Origin: Dimargaris cristalligena
Lineage: Eukaryota
Length of the DNA stretch: 34,619 nt
Reading direction: 5' to 3'
Assembly: GCA_003614675.1 (NCBI GenBank)
Contig: ML002388.1
Span: forward strand, 1-34,619
Below, piece after piece: positions 23,081 through 34,619 of the stretch. Positions within the stretch are counted from its first letter, which is position 1. Every line of letters starts with the position of its first letter. The translations under genes and the position numbers were made by a program. The notes beneath the pieces were generated by a model. The model ran no database searches, had not been told where the DNA came from, and saw only the letters and a list, made by a program, of their open reading frames with translations.

Positions 23081-24209
23081 CCGCATTACTTACAACTTCC
23101 ATAGCTGGTTCTGTCGACTAGAGTAAAATTAACTGGTATTATTGATGTGAAGTAACCGCTGTGGATGTGGCTTGTAAATACTATTCTTTATGGCTAATCG
23201 CTCAAGTATAACGTTGGACCCAGTGCTATCCCTAGTCTCTCGAGTAATTGCAGCGTTAGATCTTTCCCAACCGGTTCCAATGCCTTGATCTCACTGAGGC
23301 TTAATCATTCGTGGGCCTTAAACTGAGGGAGGAAGGGGGGGGACTCACAAGATCTCAGCAGTAATAACATAAGCGGGGGCCATTAAATAGGTCAGCCTTG
23401 GTAATGTGCCCTAATGAGTGAGTGCTGCTGGTGTCATTCGTTGTTGAAGTCAGACGAAGCGGGTATGGTGTAGCTTCCAGCAATATAGTATGAAAGTGCC
23501 TCCTTCATGTTGGATAAAGGGATTATTGAGATCCAAATCAAGGCATATCCCAATTAGTTGGGCTTCCAAGCCTCATCCCTTTGCTGCCGCGAAACGAACG
23601 GAGCTAACCTGAATATTTCCAATGTTTTAATAAGCTTCAGCCCGGGAGGCTATAGTAACGATGCCAAACCATGAACGGTGAAACACGCCTGAGTAAGGGA
23701 AGGTCAACCGGTATATGTGGAGTAGGTTTAATTAGTCGCAGGAGAAACAGTTGTCGTACTTTGCTGGCTTTTACTGTTGAAGCTCCCCTTCACAGCCTTT
23801 TGTTTAACCGTTTTGGTGGTGGTATAGCCTGGCACCTTCAGCTTCCGATTATCATCCACCACTCAACTCTTACTAGGTGGGCTTCGCTCTCCCACTCCCT
23901 CCCTATAGCCCTTGTTATATATTTATTACTAAACGCCTGAGCCCCCCGCTTCTCTACCTGATCCATAGGGTTTGGCGTTTCAGTTACTACTTCCTTTTTC
24001 TTTCTATTATTCCTCTCTGACTTTTGTTTTTATCCTACCCTCCCTTCTCCCTTTCCTCCCCCATCAACCTATAAACGAGCCTTGGTCTTTGTGAACCTAC
24101 GTTTTCCCTTCCTTCCCCCTTTTGTGTTTATCCTCTCTAATTCCTTGACCTACCCCCCCCTCTCATTTTCCATCACTGCCTAGTCTCGTCTCAGCTTCGA
24201 TCCTCCACA

Positions 24210-27200
24210 ATGAGCAAGACACAAACGTACGAGGCCCAGATTAGCAAGGACAAGTATAATGCGGGGGCCTGGTCCGCCTTACTCAAGGTGACCATGGACA
24301 CAGGCACCGAAGACGAGGTTCGCGCCGTGTTCGATCGTTTCCTCGCCATCTACCCCAGCTCCGGAGCCCACTGGAAAATGTACGCCGAGTATGAATTCAA
24401 GCGGGAGCACCGCGAGCACGTTGTTAACATCTTCAATCGGTGCCTTACTACCGTGCTCTCCGTGGACCTGTACCAGTTCTACTTGGACTACATTTTTGCC
24501 ATGAATACCGTGAGTTCCGGCTTAGTCATCTCGACCGAGGCCCAGGACACGATCGTGCAGGCCCTTGAGTTTGTGCTAAACCGGGTGGGTATAGATAAAG
24601 ATGCCGGCCCTATTTGGACCAAATATATCGAATTCTTGAAATCGCGTGAGGTAAGTTACTTAGTATATATATAATAGGTATATTTAATATACATTACAAT
24701 CAAATACCGCGACCCTTATTGCCAATGTAAATGGCCCTGGCGGCTATAGTGCCTGGCTGAATAGTCGAAAAGTCAGGTTCTACAGACAATCCCGGGATAT
24801 TGTTCGGGCGTATCCAGTCACTTGTTGGTATACTCGAACATTAGAGGATCCGTCCGAATTCTTTCTCGTCGGCTTTTAATTATTAAAAAAGAAACATACA
24901 CCACACCACGAAGCATAGTAAATAAATATATGACTCCGTGCTTGTGTTTCTTAGCCATTCCCCTTAAAGACATGGGGTCTATTGCTTTATTTATTTTACC
25001 CTTATCCGAGCATCTTTGAAATAGTCGCCGCGAGTACTGTATAGGGTCAAATTCTAGTTTCATTTGGATCAGGGACTGTCGGTTGTCTATTAGTCTAATT
25101 TAAGTCCAACCCTGCATCTAACCTAATATAAATATATATAAAACACTCCTCTATGGGTCTCCTTTTTGCGTTTCGGTTGCCCATTCCCCTCCTCCACTGT
25201 GGATGGTAATGGGAATCCGACCATTTTCGATTATAATACTATATGGAACCTCAGCCCCGCAGCCAAATGGATGAGCAGTGGAAAATCGATAATCTCCGGA
25301 AGACCTTCCAGAGAGCCATCGTCATTCCTACCAACCACCTAGAGCAGATTTGGAAAGAATATGATATGTTTGAGAATAATTTAAACCGGTTTACAGTAAG
25401 TGTACCTCCCTCCCCATTCTAGTCCATTCTAATCACCGCTATAGAGGGACATTTGTCGTTGCCAGCCAAAAGAAGGGATCATGCGATGAGATGGTGGACA
25501 GTGGCTGTCTCGCAGTAGTAGTTCGTATTAGTCAAGGTGTACATTTCTGCCCAACCCCTACTCCCCTCTTATAGTGTAATTTAATGATTAATGCCTATTC
25601 TGCCTTAATTACTGCCGACATGTGTATTGACATTATCCAGGCAAAGAAATTCCTCAGCGAAAAATCCCCGGCTTACATGACCGCCCGAACGGCGTACCGG
25701 GAAATGCGCGGTATTTTCGATTCCATGGAAAACTACCGCCCCCCATTTAACCTGCCAGCGCCTCCGAAATGGTCTAACAAGGAAAATAACTATGTAGGTG
25801 CTCCCCCTCCTTCTTTAACCGATACATCAATCGAGTCTTTTTGAATGTCCCTATTTTCCGTCTGGTAGTCCAAAATGGTTTTGTGACCTTTTTTATTAAT
25901 ACCGCTGTTTTCTTACTAATATATATAATTATATAATTTCACGCGCCCTAATCACTTCACATGGAATCCAGCTTAAAGGCTGGCGTAAATACATCGAGTG
26001 GGAACATGGCAACCCCCTGCGTCTTGAGACCCCCGAGCTCAACCAGCGCGTGAATGTGGCCTACAAACAGGCACTGGCCGCCCTCCGGTTTTACCCCGAA
26101 ATATGGGTTGAAGCCGCCCAGCAGTTTGTCAAGACCGATAATCCGCAAAAGGCGGTGGAGCTTCTGAAGGAGGCCGTTGACGTACTGCCCCACAGGTAAG
26201 TTACTACTCCCTTCTCAAGTATCTAGCTTGGTTTCAGTAACGGACGTCTTGGTTTTTGGATGCCTTTCGGAGACATGTAGGTTTTCTAATACTCCGAACA
26301 CCAATACCAAACCCGGTTATATATATATTCACTACTCTTTCATCACACAATTAAATATGCCATTGCAAAAATTGGGCTAAATATTTGCTTCGGAAATGAC
26401 AGTTGACTAACTTGCTTTGTTTCTTGATGACCCACTTGAACCACTTACTCTCCTTGGCCGGGTGCCTCTCCATCTCAACAGCTCCTTGGTGCACTTTGTC
26501 TATGCCGAGCAGCTAGAGGTCCAGAAGAATATCCCGGAAATGCGTACCGTATACACCAACCTGGTGGGCGCTCTCACTACCCAGCTGGACAATCTCAGTG
26601 CCCGCAAGGAAAAGGCGTTAGCTACTATTAAAGAGCGGATCACTGCCCTAACGAATGAATCGGCCGTACCAGCCGAAAATAACTTGAGTGTCAATATTCA
26701 CTCCTCGGAGGAGGTCATGGCCGAAGGTTCAGTACCCAGTGCTGATCGATCGGCGAAACGACCCCGGGTCTCTTCCCCAGGGCCCCAGGACGCAATCAGC
26801 GACGTCGATTCAGTTCTCAGCGATACTGATATGGATGTTAGCGAGCCCAGCCAGGCGTCAGGAGGTCGGCGTGACGGGGGAGCCCCCGACCTGGGCGCCT
26901 CCGCCAATACCCGATCTACCGAGGCTGACCTTGAGGCCGATTTGCTGAATAGCCGGAGTGCCAGCGGTGCCGTTGATGTAGCGGCCCAAAAGCGGGCCGT
27001 GGCCCGTTTAATCGACCAGCGGTCTAAATTGATCGAGGCCCGATTCAAGTCCCGGATGGGCCCTCTCCAACGCGAACTCACTCTGGCCGTCACTATATAC
27101 ACCCGGGCCGTGCGTCGGTCGGAGGGTACCGTGCCCTTCCGAAGACTCTTTACACGCCTGCGTAAAATCCCTTACGTCACCTACCACCTCCTCGTGTCGA

Positions 27201-28820
27201 CTGCCCTCATCGAGTATTACTTTGAAAAGGATATGACCATGGCGGGCAATGTCTTTGAAGTGGGTCTCAAGCACTTCGGATCTGAGTCCGACTTTATTAT
27301 CCAGTACCTGGATCACTTGATCCGCATCAACGACAATGTCAATGCCCAGGCCCTGTTCGAGCGCGCTGTTAGCAATCTACCCGTGGATCAGGCGAAGGAC
27401 ATTTGGGATATGTACCTTAATTACCAGGTCAACTACGGTGATATCCAGGCCACCCTTAGTTTAGAGACTCGGTACTTGGCGGCTTACCCGGAAGAGACCC
27501 TGCGTAATCGCCTGATGGAACGGTTCAGTTTCCTTGATTTGGATACGGTGGCGGAGAGGGATTTTGGCGTAGACGATCACGCCACCTCACTGCACCAATC
27601 CCAAGTGGAACCCAGCCAGCCGCGCTGGAAGGATGCGACTCCTAGCGGTACCGGGGGAAGTGGCGGCGGGGCCGGGTCTGCTGATAAGGGGGTGAGTGGA
27701 TCAAGTGGGCCCCCTAATGATGTGCCCCATCCCGTTATCCCCACCAAATACGACACCAATGCCGGTGGATACGGAGGCGCCCAAGCGCCCGGTGGCTTCG
27801 CCCCGCGGGCGGTGCAGCGGCGCCAAATCTTGCAATCCGTCCAGCCCGACCGGTTCCCCCGCCCCGACCTCAATCAATGGGTACCTTTCCGGGCCAGCGA
27901 CGTGGTCGTTCCGCCCAAGGACGATGTGGACGAGTCGGACCGGGAAGCGGACCCGGGTGTTCGACACCGAGCCGATTCCGGTGTGGATGGCGGGAGTGCC
28001 CGGAAGGGGGCCCCCGCACTGGAAGTCCTCGAATCGCGTGATTTGCTGTGCGATTTCCTAAGTCACCTACCGCCCGGCCCTATTTTCCAGGGCCCGCGGT
28101 TTCCCATTGACCTCATCATCAATTGTATCCGGGATTTAGAACTTCCCCAACCGGACCCCCACCATTCGACCCTCTTGGTTCCGCCGACGGACTCGTATCA
28201 TACCGGCTACCAACCCCAGCCCCATTCCTACTTCCACTCCCGCCAACCCCCGCCATCCTACGGACACGGGGACTACGATGGTGAATACGATCCGAGCTAC
28301 GAGTACAGCACGGCCGGGGGTGGTGGCGGTGAGGGAGCTGGGGGGCATCCCGGTTACGATGGTTACGCCGAACCACCGTCGACGGCCCACCGGTCGAACT
28401 GGTCGAATGAGTATAGTGGTGAAGATCACGAGAATTACCAGGATCATGGGCCCCGGAGAGGCGCGGGTCATTGGGGGGGGGGGGGGGGTCGCGGTCGTCG
28501 ATTCCAGGGTCCGCCGGGATATCGGGGTCGGGTAAGTATCCCTCATTTGTAATTTTAATTAGCCATATGAATGGCCTTGTCATATCTTAAACATCCGTAT
28601 TGTTTGGTCAGGGCGTTGGAAGTATGGGTGTTTGACCACTTTTAATCCAAGACAGATTTCAACCTCCGCAGTTTTATATTGTGCACTAACCGTCCTACCA
28701 TTTGTCTTTACTATATATATATATATATATATATTTGAACTGTGCAATTGCTTATGCTTGTTGTCCTTTATCCGCATGAATCATTAGGGTGGGCCTAAGC
28801 GGAAGTTTACCGGTTACTAA
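24210..28820 (+). CDS. RNA14: mRNA 3'-end processing factor Rna14/CstF-77 (HAT repeats, Suf family), about 1013 aa, 6 exons
   Basis: Exons 24210-24650, 25255-25395, 25641-25793, 25972-26195, 26482-28531 and 28788-28820 join in frame. Motifs IFNRCLTTVLSVDLYQFYLDYI, VGIDKDAGPIWTKYIEFLK, LRKTFQRAIVIP, LEQIWKEYDMFEN, SPAYMTAR, WRKYIEWEHGNPL, VFEVGLKHF and FPRPDLNQWVPF. The last exon (GGPKRKFTGY) is less certain; if that intron is retained the stop is at 28552. Confidence 0.93.
28473..28488 (+). repeat. G16 homopolymer within RNA14 coding sequence (encodes W-GGGGG)
   Basis: tt-g16-tc seen directly; the reading frame is maintained. Confidence 0.85.
28712..28733. repeat. (TA)11 microsatellite in the last RNA14 intron
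   Basis: Seen directly. Confidence 0.9.
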
Positions 28821-31800
28821 TATTATATTCGCTGGACTGTGAATATAAGGATTTTCTCATTTTGAGTATACCCCTACCTATTCCCTTCATTTCGGCGATT
28901 AAATAGGTGAACGGACTGACAGCTCTACGCTCCGATTTTTTTCAGTGGAACTGCTCTAATCACTGGTGGAGGCCCTTTCGAATGTTCAAATCCAGTATTT
29001 GAAGCCTTTTTGCCCACTATACCGTCACCGTGACCCTAGTTAACCAGTCAGTACGTTTCCTCTGTTCTATCCACTTACCATCCGTCCCGCGCTGGTCCAA
29101 TAGTTTTAATGGGCGAGGCCATTTTGACCACCTCAATATTAGTTAAATTACTACCAATTAGTATATTGGTTGGTGGGGTTTTTATTGGTTTATTATAACT
29201 TAGAATATATGGTTCGCATGTCTTCAAGGCTATCAGTTTTTATTATTGTTATTATTATTATTTTCCTGTCGAACCCACCCAACTGTTTAATCCACAGCAT
29301 TTTGCCGTAGTTGGTCTAAATACAATAAATATATTCCTTTTTTAGATATTTAACTCTTTACATATTTAGCCCAAGGAGTAGGAAATTCCATAACCAATAG
29401 TGTTATTAATGATACAATATAATGAATTGGAAGGCTCCATAGTTGGTGAACGCCCTAAATTTTTCATTGTCATACATTTCAATAGAAATGCGTTAGCTCA
29501 ACTTTTCTCTTTGGATAGATTCGTGAGGATAGGACGACTTGACCGCTAAGTGACTAACCGTCTAAGCCCACCTATGTACTGAGTTGGATGTAACAAGCTC
29601 TACCATCTCCACCTCTGGTCTCTTCTCCAAGGATGTTTCGGTGGCTATTCTATAGCCATTAATCACACCGGTGCACTCTTTCTATGGTGCTGGCTAAATT
29701 CTCAATAGAAACATACTCAAAGGGAGTTGTGGAATGTTCACAATTTAAATTTACGGATATATTATCCGGTAAGAATAGGCCTCAACTGAATATGATTGCC
29801 AAAACCACGTTAAAATGAGGCACCTGCTGGGAAGCATTCTCTAACAGCCGTTGTATGGCGTATCCCAGACGCGGCCGTAAAGTTATGGGTCAGTCGGGCG
29901 GATATGGGGATGTGATATAGTTCCTTATTAATAAGTGGATGAATAGCCATGGGAAAGGATCGCTTTAGACTAGATAATAACGGGTGCAGTTAGTTATGGT
30001 AACCAATGGTATCTAATTTCTTCGCTTGGCTGGACAGCACGGAGTATGCCACTAATAACCACGCTACTACGTCAGAAGAAGCCAGGACGAAGGGTGTCCC
30101 TTCCCTATATTGACAATATTGCCGCATCGTAATCGCTGACACTAATGGGTAATCTGGAATACACCTATACACTTGATAATTATTACTATGCTAAACTAGG
30201 CGGTGCTTATTATTTCATACGGCATTGAAACCCCCTTAATCTATTAGTATTGCAACTACTCTGACCAACCAGTGTTCTCATATTGTTAACGGTTTGCTGT
30301 AAATTTCAAGTGAAGACCAAATTCGACGGCCTTTGATGACCCTTGGAATCGACAGTAATACAGAAAACCGACTCTACTATCAACCGGTATTAAACAACTA
30401 GCAATCCGCCATTTCCATCTCTTATACCACACCTGATTGGCGTTCGCTTATGTTTGACCCCTTAGTAAACTGTATAATTATTTCATTACGGTAAGTCTTA
30501 TATCCAAAGTAGTTATCAGACCCAACCCTTGCTCTCTTTATTTTCTGGAAACTAGTCTCCCGGCCTACTCCTGAGAGGAAACCATTCCTTTCTTATCCGG
30601 CCAGGCTTTTAAAAATTGAGGTGCCGTTGATATACCGCAGTCGAAGGTCATCGAAAAGGGGAAACGTGCTAGAGGCACACTTAGGAAAATCACCCAGTCA
30701 GATACACAAGTTCGTTAAGAAATAGAATAGCAAGGATATATATATAAATATAAAAAAGGACCAAGAAAAGAAATACCAGGGAAGGCGATTCAACTGGAGG
30801 GGCAAGTATTTTGTGAAAGGGGGTGGAACTCAGTAAAATCTCCCGCAAGTCATTAAGGAAGAGACTGCCAGTCTCAGTCCAGCTCAATAATTAGCATTAC
30901 ACCCATGATGTAGCCAATATACCGTATGTATAGTGTCGTAAGACGCTCCCATATTGGCTTTGAATACCTGGCCATCAGCGCAACTAATGGTTATGTTAAC
31001 AAATCAACTATTATCATTTTTTTTTAATTATGGCAGCTGATATGCAGATTTTGGCGAATATTTACGCGCCCTTAGGAAGCCTATACCCCGGCTGTTATAT
31101 TCACAATTGTTAGGTTAACCGTATTTAATGATGGTATTATGATGACTTTGAAACTTGTAATGCGATTCGGCATATTTAACCGATTGTGTTGATACCCTGG
31201 TTTGAGGAACCCTCTTCAAAACATTAAGATGTTTTGGGTATACCTTTCATTTGATGATTTATAATACTATTGCAATGGCCGTATATTAACATAAACACTT
31301 TATTCATAAATCTCCTCATTTTACTTGTTCGTTTATCGATTATTTATATAGTTCGACTGCTATTATGTCCCACCCATCACTTATTTATTCTTACCTGGCT
31401 AACGTGCCTCTCTGTCGGCCAGGAGAATCCCCCATCGACATCAATATACCCTGTATCAGAGCCTGCGGCTCCGACTCACATACCCTAACCCAGCGCCATG
31501 AAAGCCGTTAATGACGGAAATGCATACATAAGGTCTTCACAACATATAATGGAGATGCTAAATTTGGTATTATATATACCCCAACAACCCGGAGCTGGCC
31601 AATGTCCTACTCATTATATAGTCTATTTGAACCAGTTCTCTGTTGAAGTACCCGCCACTATATTCTTATGTAAAAAAAACCCACGGACCAACCAATGTGG
31701 GTTTGGCATAAAACATCAAAGTAGTATTTGCTAGTCCACCTTTGGGAGAAGGCATGATCTATCATAAAACCGGGAGGTTCGATATCACAGTACCATTGTC

Positions 31801-32320
31801 GCATGGGTGAACCACTCTAAATTTGTAAAGAGTCCGAGTGGGCAGGCTTATATTGAATAGAGCACCAGGGATACCCTTGACTAACACCTGTTTACCCGAC
31901 CAGTATGAGGGATACCAATATAGGCAGGCGATAATCAATAGTACTGGTGCACACTTGCAATCAAGGGGATGGATGTATAAGGGTTTATTAGAAAACAGAA
32001 GCCAAGGAAATAATAGGCCTGTAGTAACCTGGAAAGGATACTTATATACTGAATGATAAATGAATAGAATGGCCAGTGGCCAAGTGTATAGAGTGGGGCC
32101 CAACGGTAGCGGCCGGGGGATATATTGGGTGTTTCCATGGGAAGGTGGTATGGCAATAAGAACAAATGTGGGCGAGTCACGTGGAAAGGCTTTGGCTGGA
32201 TTAGGTTTGACTAGGTTACTCGGTAGACTCCCTTAAGGATATAATAAATTCAGTAACTTCCTTGGATATGCTTAGCAGTCGTTCCGCGAATAACCTTACA
32301 TATTCTGCCTCGACCTCGGT

Positions 32321-32686
32321 TCACTTTTCTTTGTCGAGATAGAAAAGTCTTGCGTTGTTGATTTTTTCGTACTCTTCCTTGAGTTTTCTGAGCTTCTTCA
32401 CGCTTTCCGTGTACTCTTCGTCGACATTTTCTTGAGAATCGGCATCAATTGGTTGCCGTTTCATTACGGTTACGTCGGACATGGGCCGCGATCCTGAGCT
32501 ACTCTGTTCACCGTTAACCTCATCGATCGTATCAGCGGACGGAATCAAAATTTCAGCCATCACGTGTTGCTGGTGATAATTAGAAAGAGCATCAGCTATG
32601 TTCTCGGGATAGGGATGGTGTTGTTCCAAAGGACCAGCAAGAACACCTTGGAGTAAGGCGGCGACCAGAATGACGACTGCCTTCGT
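32321..32686 (-). CDS. Small secreted protein (121 aa) whose apparent start codon is ACG, or a recently start-lost pseudogene
   Basis: Open frame to TGA at 32323-32321. ACG (32686-32684) is followed by KAVVILVAALLQGVLA-GP, a typical signal peptide. No ATG occurs on this strand between 32687 and 33029. The protein contains a KR|Q dibasic site and a charged helical C-terminus. Confidence 0.55.
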   Translation of the reverse strand, partial: TKAVVILVAALLQGVLAGPLEQHHPYPENIADALSNYHQQHVMAEILIPSADTIDEVNGEQSSSGSRPMSDVTVMKRQPIDADSQENVDEEYTESVKKLRKLKEEYEKINNARLFYLDKEK

Positions 32687-32874
32687 GACTACTAAGAAGA
32701 GACAGGTGGTTAAAAGAATGGGTCGATACGGGGATTGCAAACTAAGGCGGACAATGGTCGAATCGGATTTCTTTGTAGTTGCAAGAAATTTTTCAAGCGA
32801 GCGACTATAGGTAGAATGAGTATTGATATAAATAATAATAGAGGTCTAACGGGTATATGAGAGTAATGTTGCGA

Positions 32875-34358
32875 GTAGGATGGATGTTATGGAAGTGGGT
32901 GTGTGGTTTGCAAGTAAGAGGGCAAAGGTGTTATTTAAATATACCTGATACTCTCTAACAAATGCAAGGTCTTTTCCTTTATCAAATATCCCCACAATGG
33001 ACTAGGGGATGGGAGGAGGAGCTATATTACATGGTGCTCTTATATGAGAGACCAAACTATTTACTAATACTTCTTAGGTTTGAATTAGATGAGTTCTCTA
33101 TGGGATTTTCAGATATCTTGTCTTAGGGCCAATATTGGTTAACACATTGAGGAGAGACAGGATTACCCTACCTATCACACCCTGGGATATAGTGGTTTAA
33201 TGGTATTAAAGAATATATTCCCACGTGTTTTTTATCCTATCCTATTTTACCCAATTATGTTAGTTTATTCTGCTATTATGAGATTATTTATATTAGCCAC
33301 TTATATTTTACCCTAATTAAAATTACAGTTCAATAAAACTAACTACCTAGAGGTACTTATTATCCTCTAGCTGCTTTCTTCCCTTACTCCCAGTTTTATT
33401 TCCTTTATATCCCTAGTATTCTAATAATTACTTAGTTATAAAATCCTATTACAGTACTATAAATACCTCAGTGTATTTGAGGCCACTTCCAAATTCTCAA
33501 TTCCTAAATTCTATTTACCTCTTATTTAGTTATACATAAAGTTTAATCCTGTGGGCTCAACCAGGTTTTCACTCTGTAGTTTTATGCCATTAGTCCATCT
33601 GAGGATAAAGTCTAATGGTTATAATAAAGATTTAACATTCTTTCCCATTTAATATATATAGTCTCCCAGATGGCCCTTAAAACTGGCAAGTTACTCTCTG
33701 AGATACATTTGAATAAATATACATTCTTAATTTCACCCAGTTTTCTACCCATTACCTAATGTTCACCTTAGGTACTGACCCCTTAAAGCTGACACCCAGC
33801 TACCCTCTCTTCCTAAACAAAGGTGAAGGCATCAGCCCAACCCTCAGTCCTAAAATTGGGGGACCTCAAAATGCTAGCATAACACTATTTCTAACTCAAT
33901 TAAACCAACCATGGGCATCTAGCTTTGCCCCCTATGGTTCTTTCTCTCTTACTTAAAGTATTTATAGTTGCATTTGAAGGCACTTACCTTTACCCTTGAA
34001 TTTACTATTCCAATAGCTTTAGCTGTGCTTGCCTACTGGCTCAACTCATTATGTATGTGTATATTCTCTCTGTTCCAGATTTTCTTATTATGGCCCTCTA
34101 TAATTTGCCCTATTTAGTTTAGGAATTAGCATCTTATCAAGTATTAGCTATAGAGATATCACCAGGGTTAACCACTCTTAGTCCATCAAGAGTCCCAAGG
34201 ATAGGCTTCTAACATTAGGCAGGGCTTAGACTCAGTCAAGTGGGTAACTAGTGTCAGGGTAGAAGCAGTATTAACCAATAAAGGGACAGTGCAGGCTAAT
34301 GCAAGGGACATGCAGTGGGCACACTTACTGATTAGTACAATGGTTGTAAGTGTGCTGC
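32875..34358. other. AT-rich, CpG-depleted degenerate tract (probable decayed repeat, transposon or gene relic)
   Basis: Only one CG dinucleotide (33224-33225) found by eye in about 1.48 kb, while CG is common in the genes and most intergenic DNA of the window. All frames are interrupted and I recognise no transposon motif. Confidence 0.5.
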
Positions 34359-34619
34359 CGTAGGCAGCTGGCCAGGGGCTGCGTAGGCTCCAGCGCATAT
34401 TGTTAATCCAAGAAGTAGTCATACTTTGGATGAATTCAAGGTCCCCGGACGATTGACAAGTTATTTCCACGGGAACGGTCCGGGGTCGTTAATAATATTT
34501 TATTTCTTTATGCTAGCTGATTCTCTTTTCCTTCAGCTTTCCAAATCATACTTCCATTTGCTTTTCCGTCTATTATTGATGAAGTTATAGGTCGTCAAAG
34601 TCAATGATGATTTTAAAGC

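Noticed and set aside
31762..32103. 113-aa minus ORF with a hydrophobic stretch (KCAPVLLIIACLYW) after a TATA-like element
   Set aside because: No ATG, atypical composition, and only a superficial resemblance to the secreted protein at 19783.
33759..34470. 65-aa and 94-aa ORFs in the CpG-depleted tract as transposon proteins
   Set aside because: No RT, integrase, gag or transposase motifs, and no LTR or TIR visible, so not called a mobile element.
1..34619. CRISPR arrays, rRNA/tRNA genes, or a biosynthetic or functional gene cluster
   Set aside because: None seen; the neighbouring genes have unrelated housekeeping functions.

Overview
Eukaryotic, intron-containing genomic DNA (GT-AG introns of about 140-600 nt). 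Gene content suggests a fungus, probably an early-diverging lineage such as Zoopagomycota; that placement is inference only. From left to right: (1) the 5' 542 codons of a minus-strand gene with a mitochondrial-presequence-like N-terminus, possibly a Dss1/Cyt-4-type exoribonuclease, which the ORF track misses because it runs off the window; (2) an intronless GH18 chitinase; (3) RPF1 (6 exons), divergent from (4) PDS5 (2 exons); (5) gamma-tubulin complex component GCP3/SPC98 (3 exons); (6) PHF5A/RDS3 (5 exons, absent from the ORF track); (7) a small secreted orphan protein, divergent from (8) ornithine aminotransferase (5 exons); (9) RNA14/CstF-77 (6 exons); then about 5.8 kb of AT-rich accessory DNA holding (10) a second small secreted protein that seems to start at ACG and a 1.5-kb tract almost free of CpG. 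Most of the window is ordinary housekeeping DNA, and I see no clear-cut new multi-gene system. The best leads are a PHF5A with substitutions in the branch-point/splicing-inhibitor pocket, a candidate ACG-initiated secreted propeptide, a candidate intronic poly(A) site in CstF-77, a cryptic poison acceptor in RPF1, and a possible dual-targeting extension of OAT. Exon boundaries were derived by hand from frame continuity and splice consensus.
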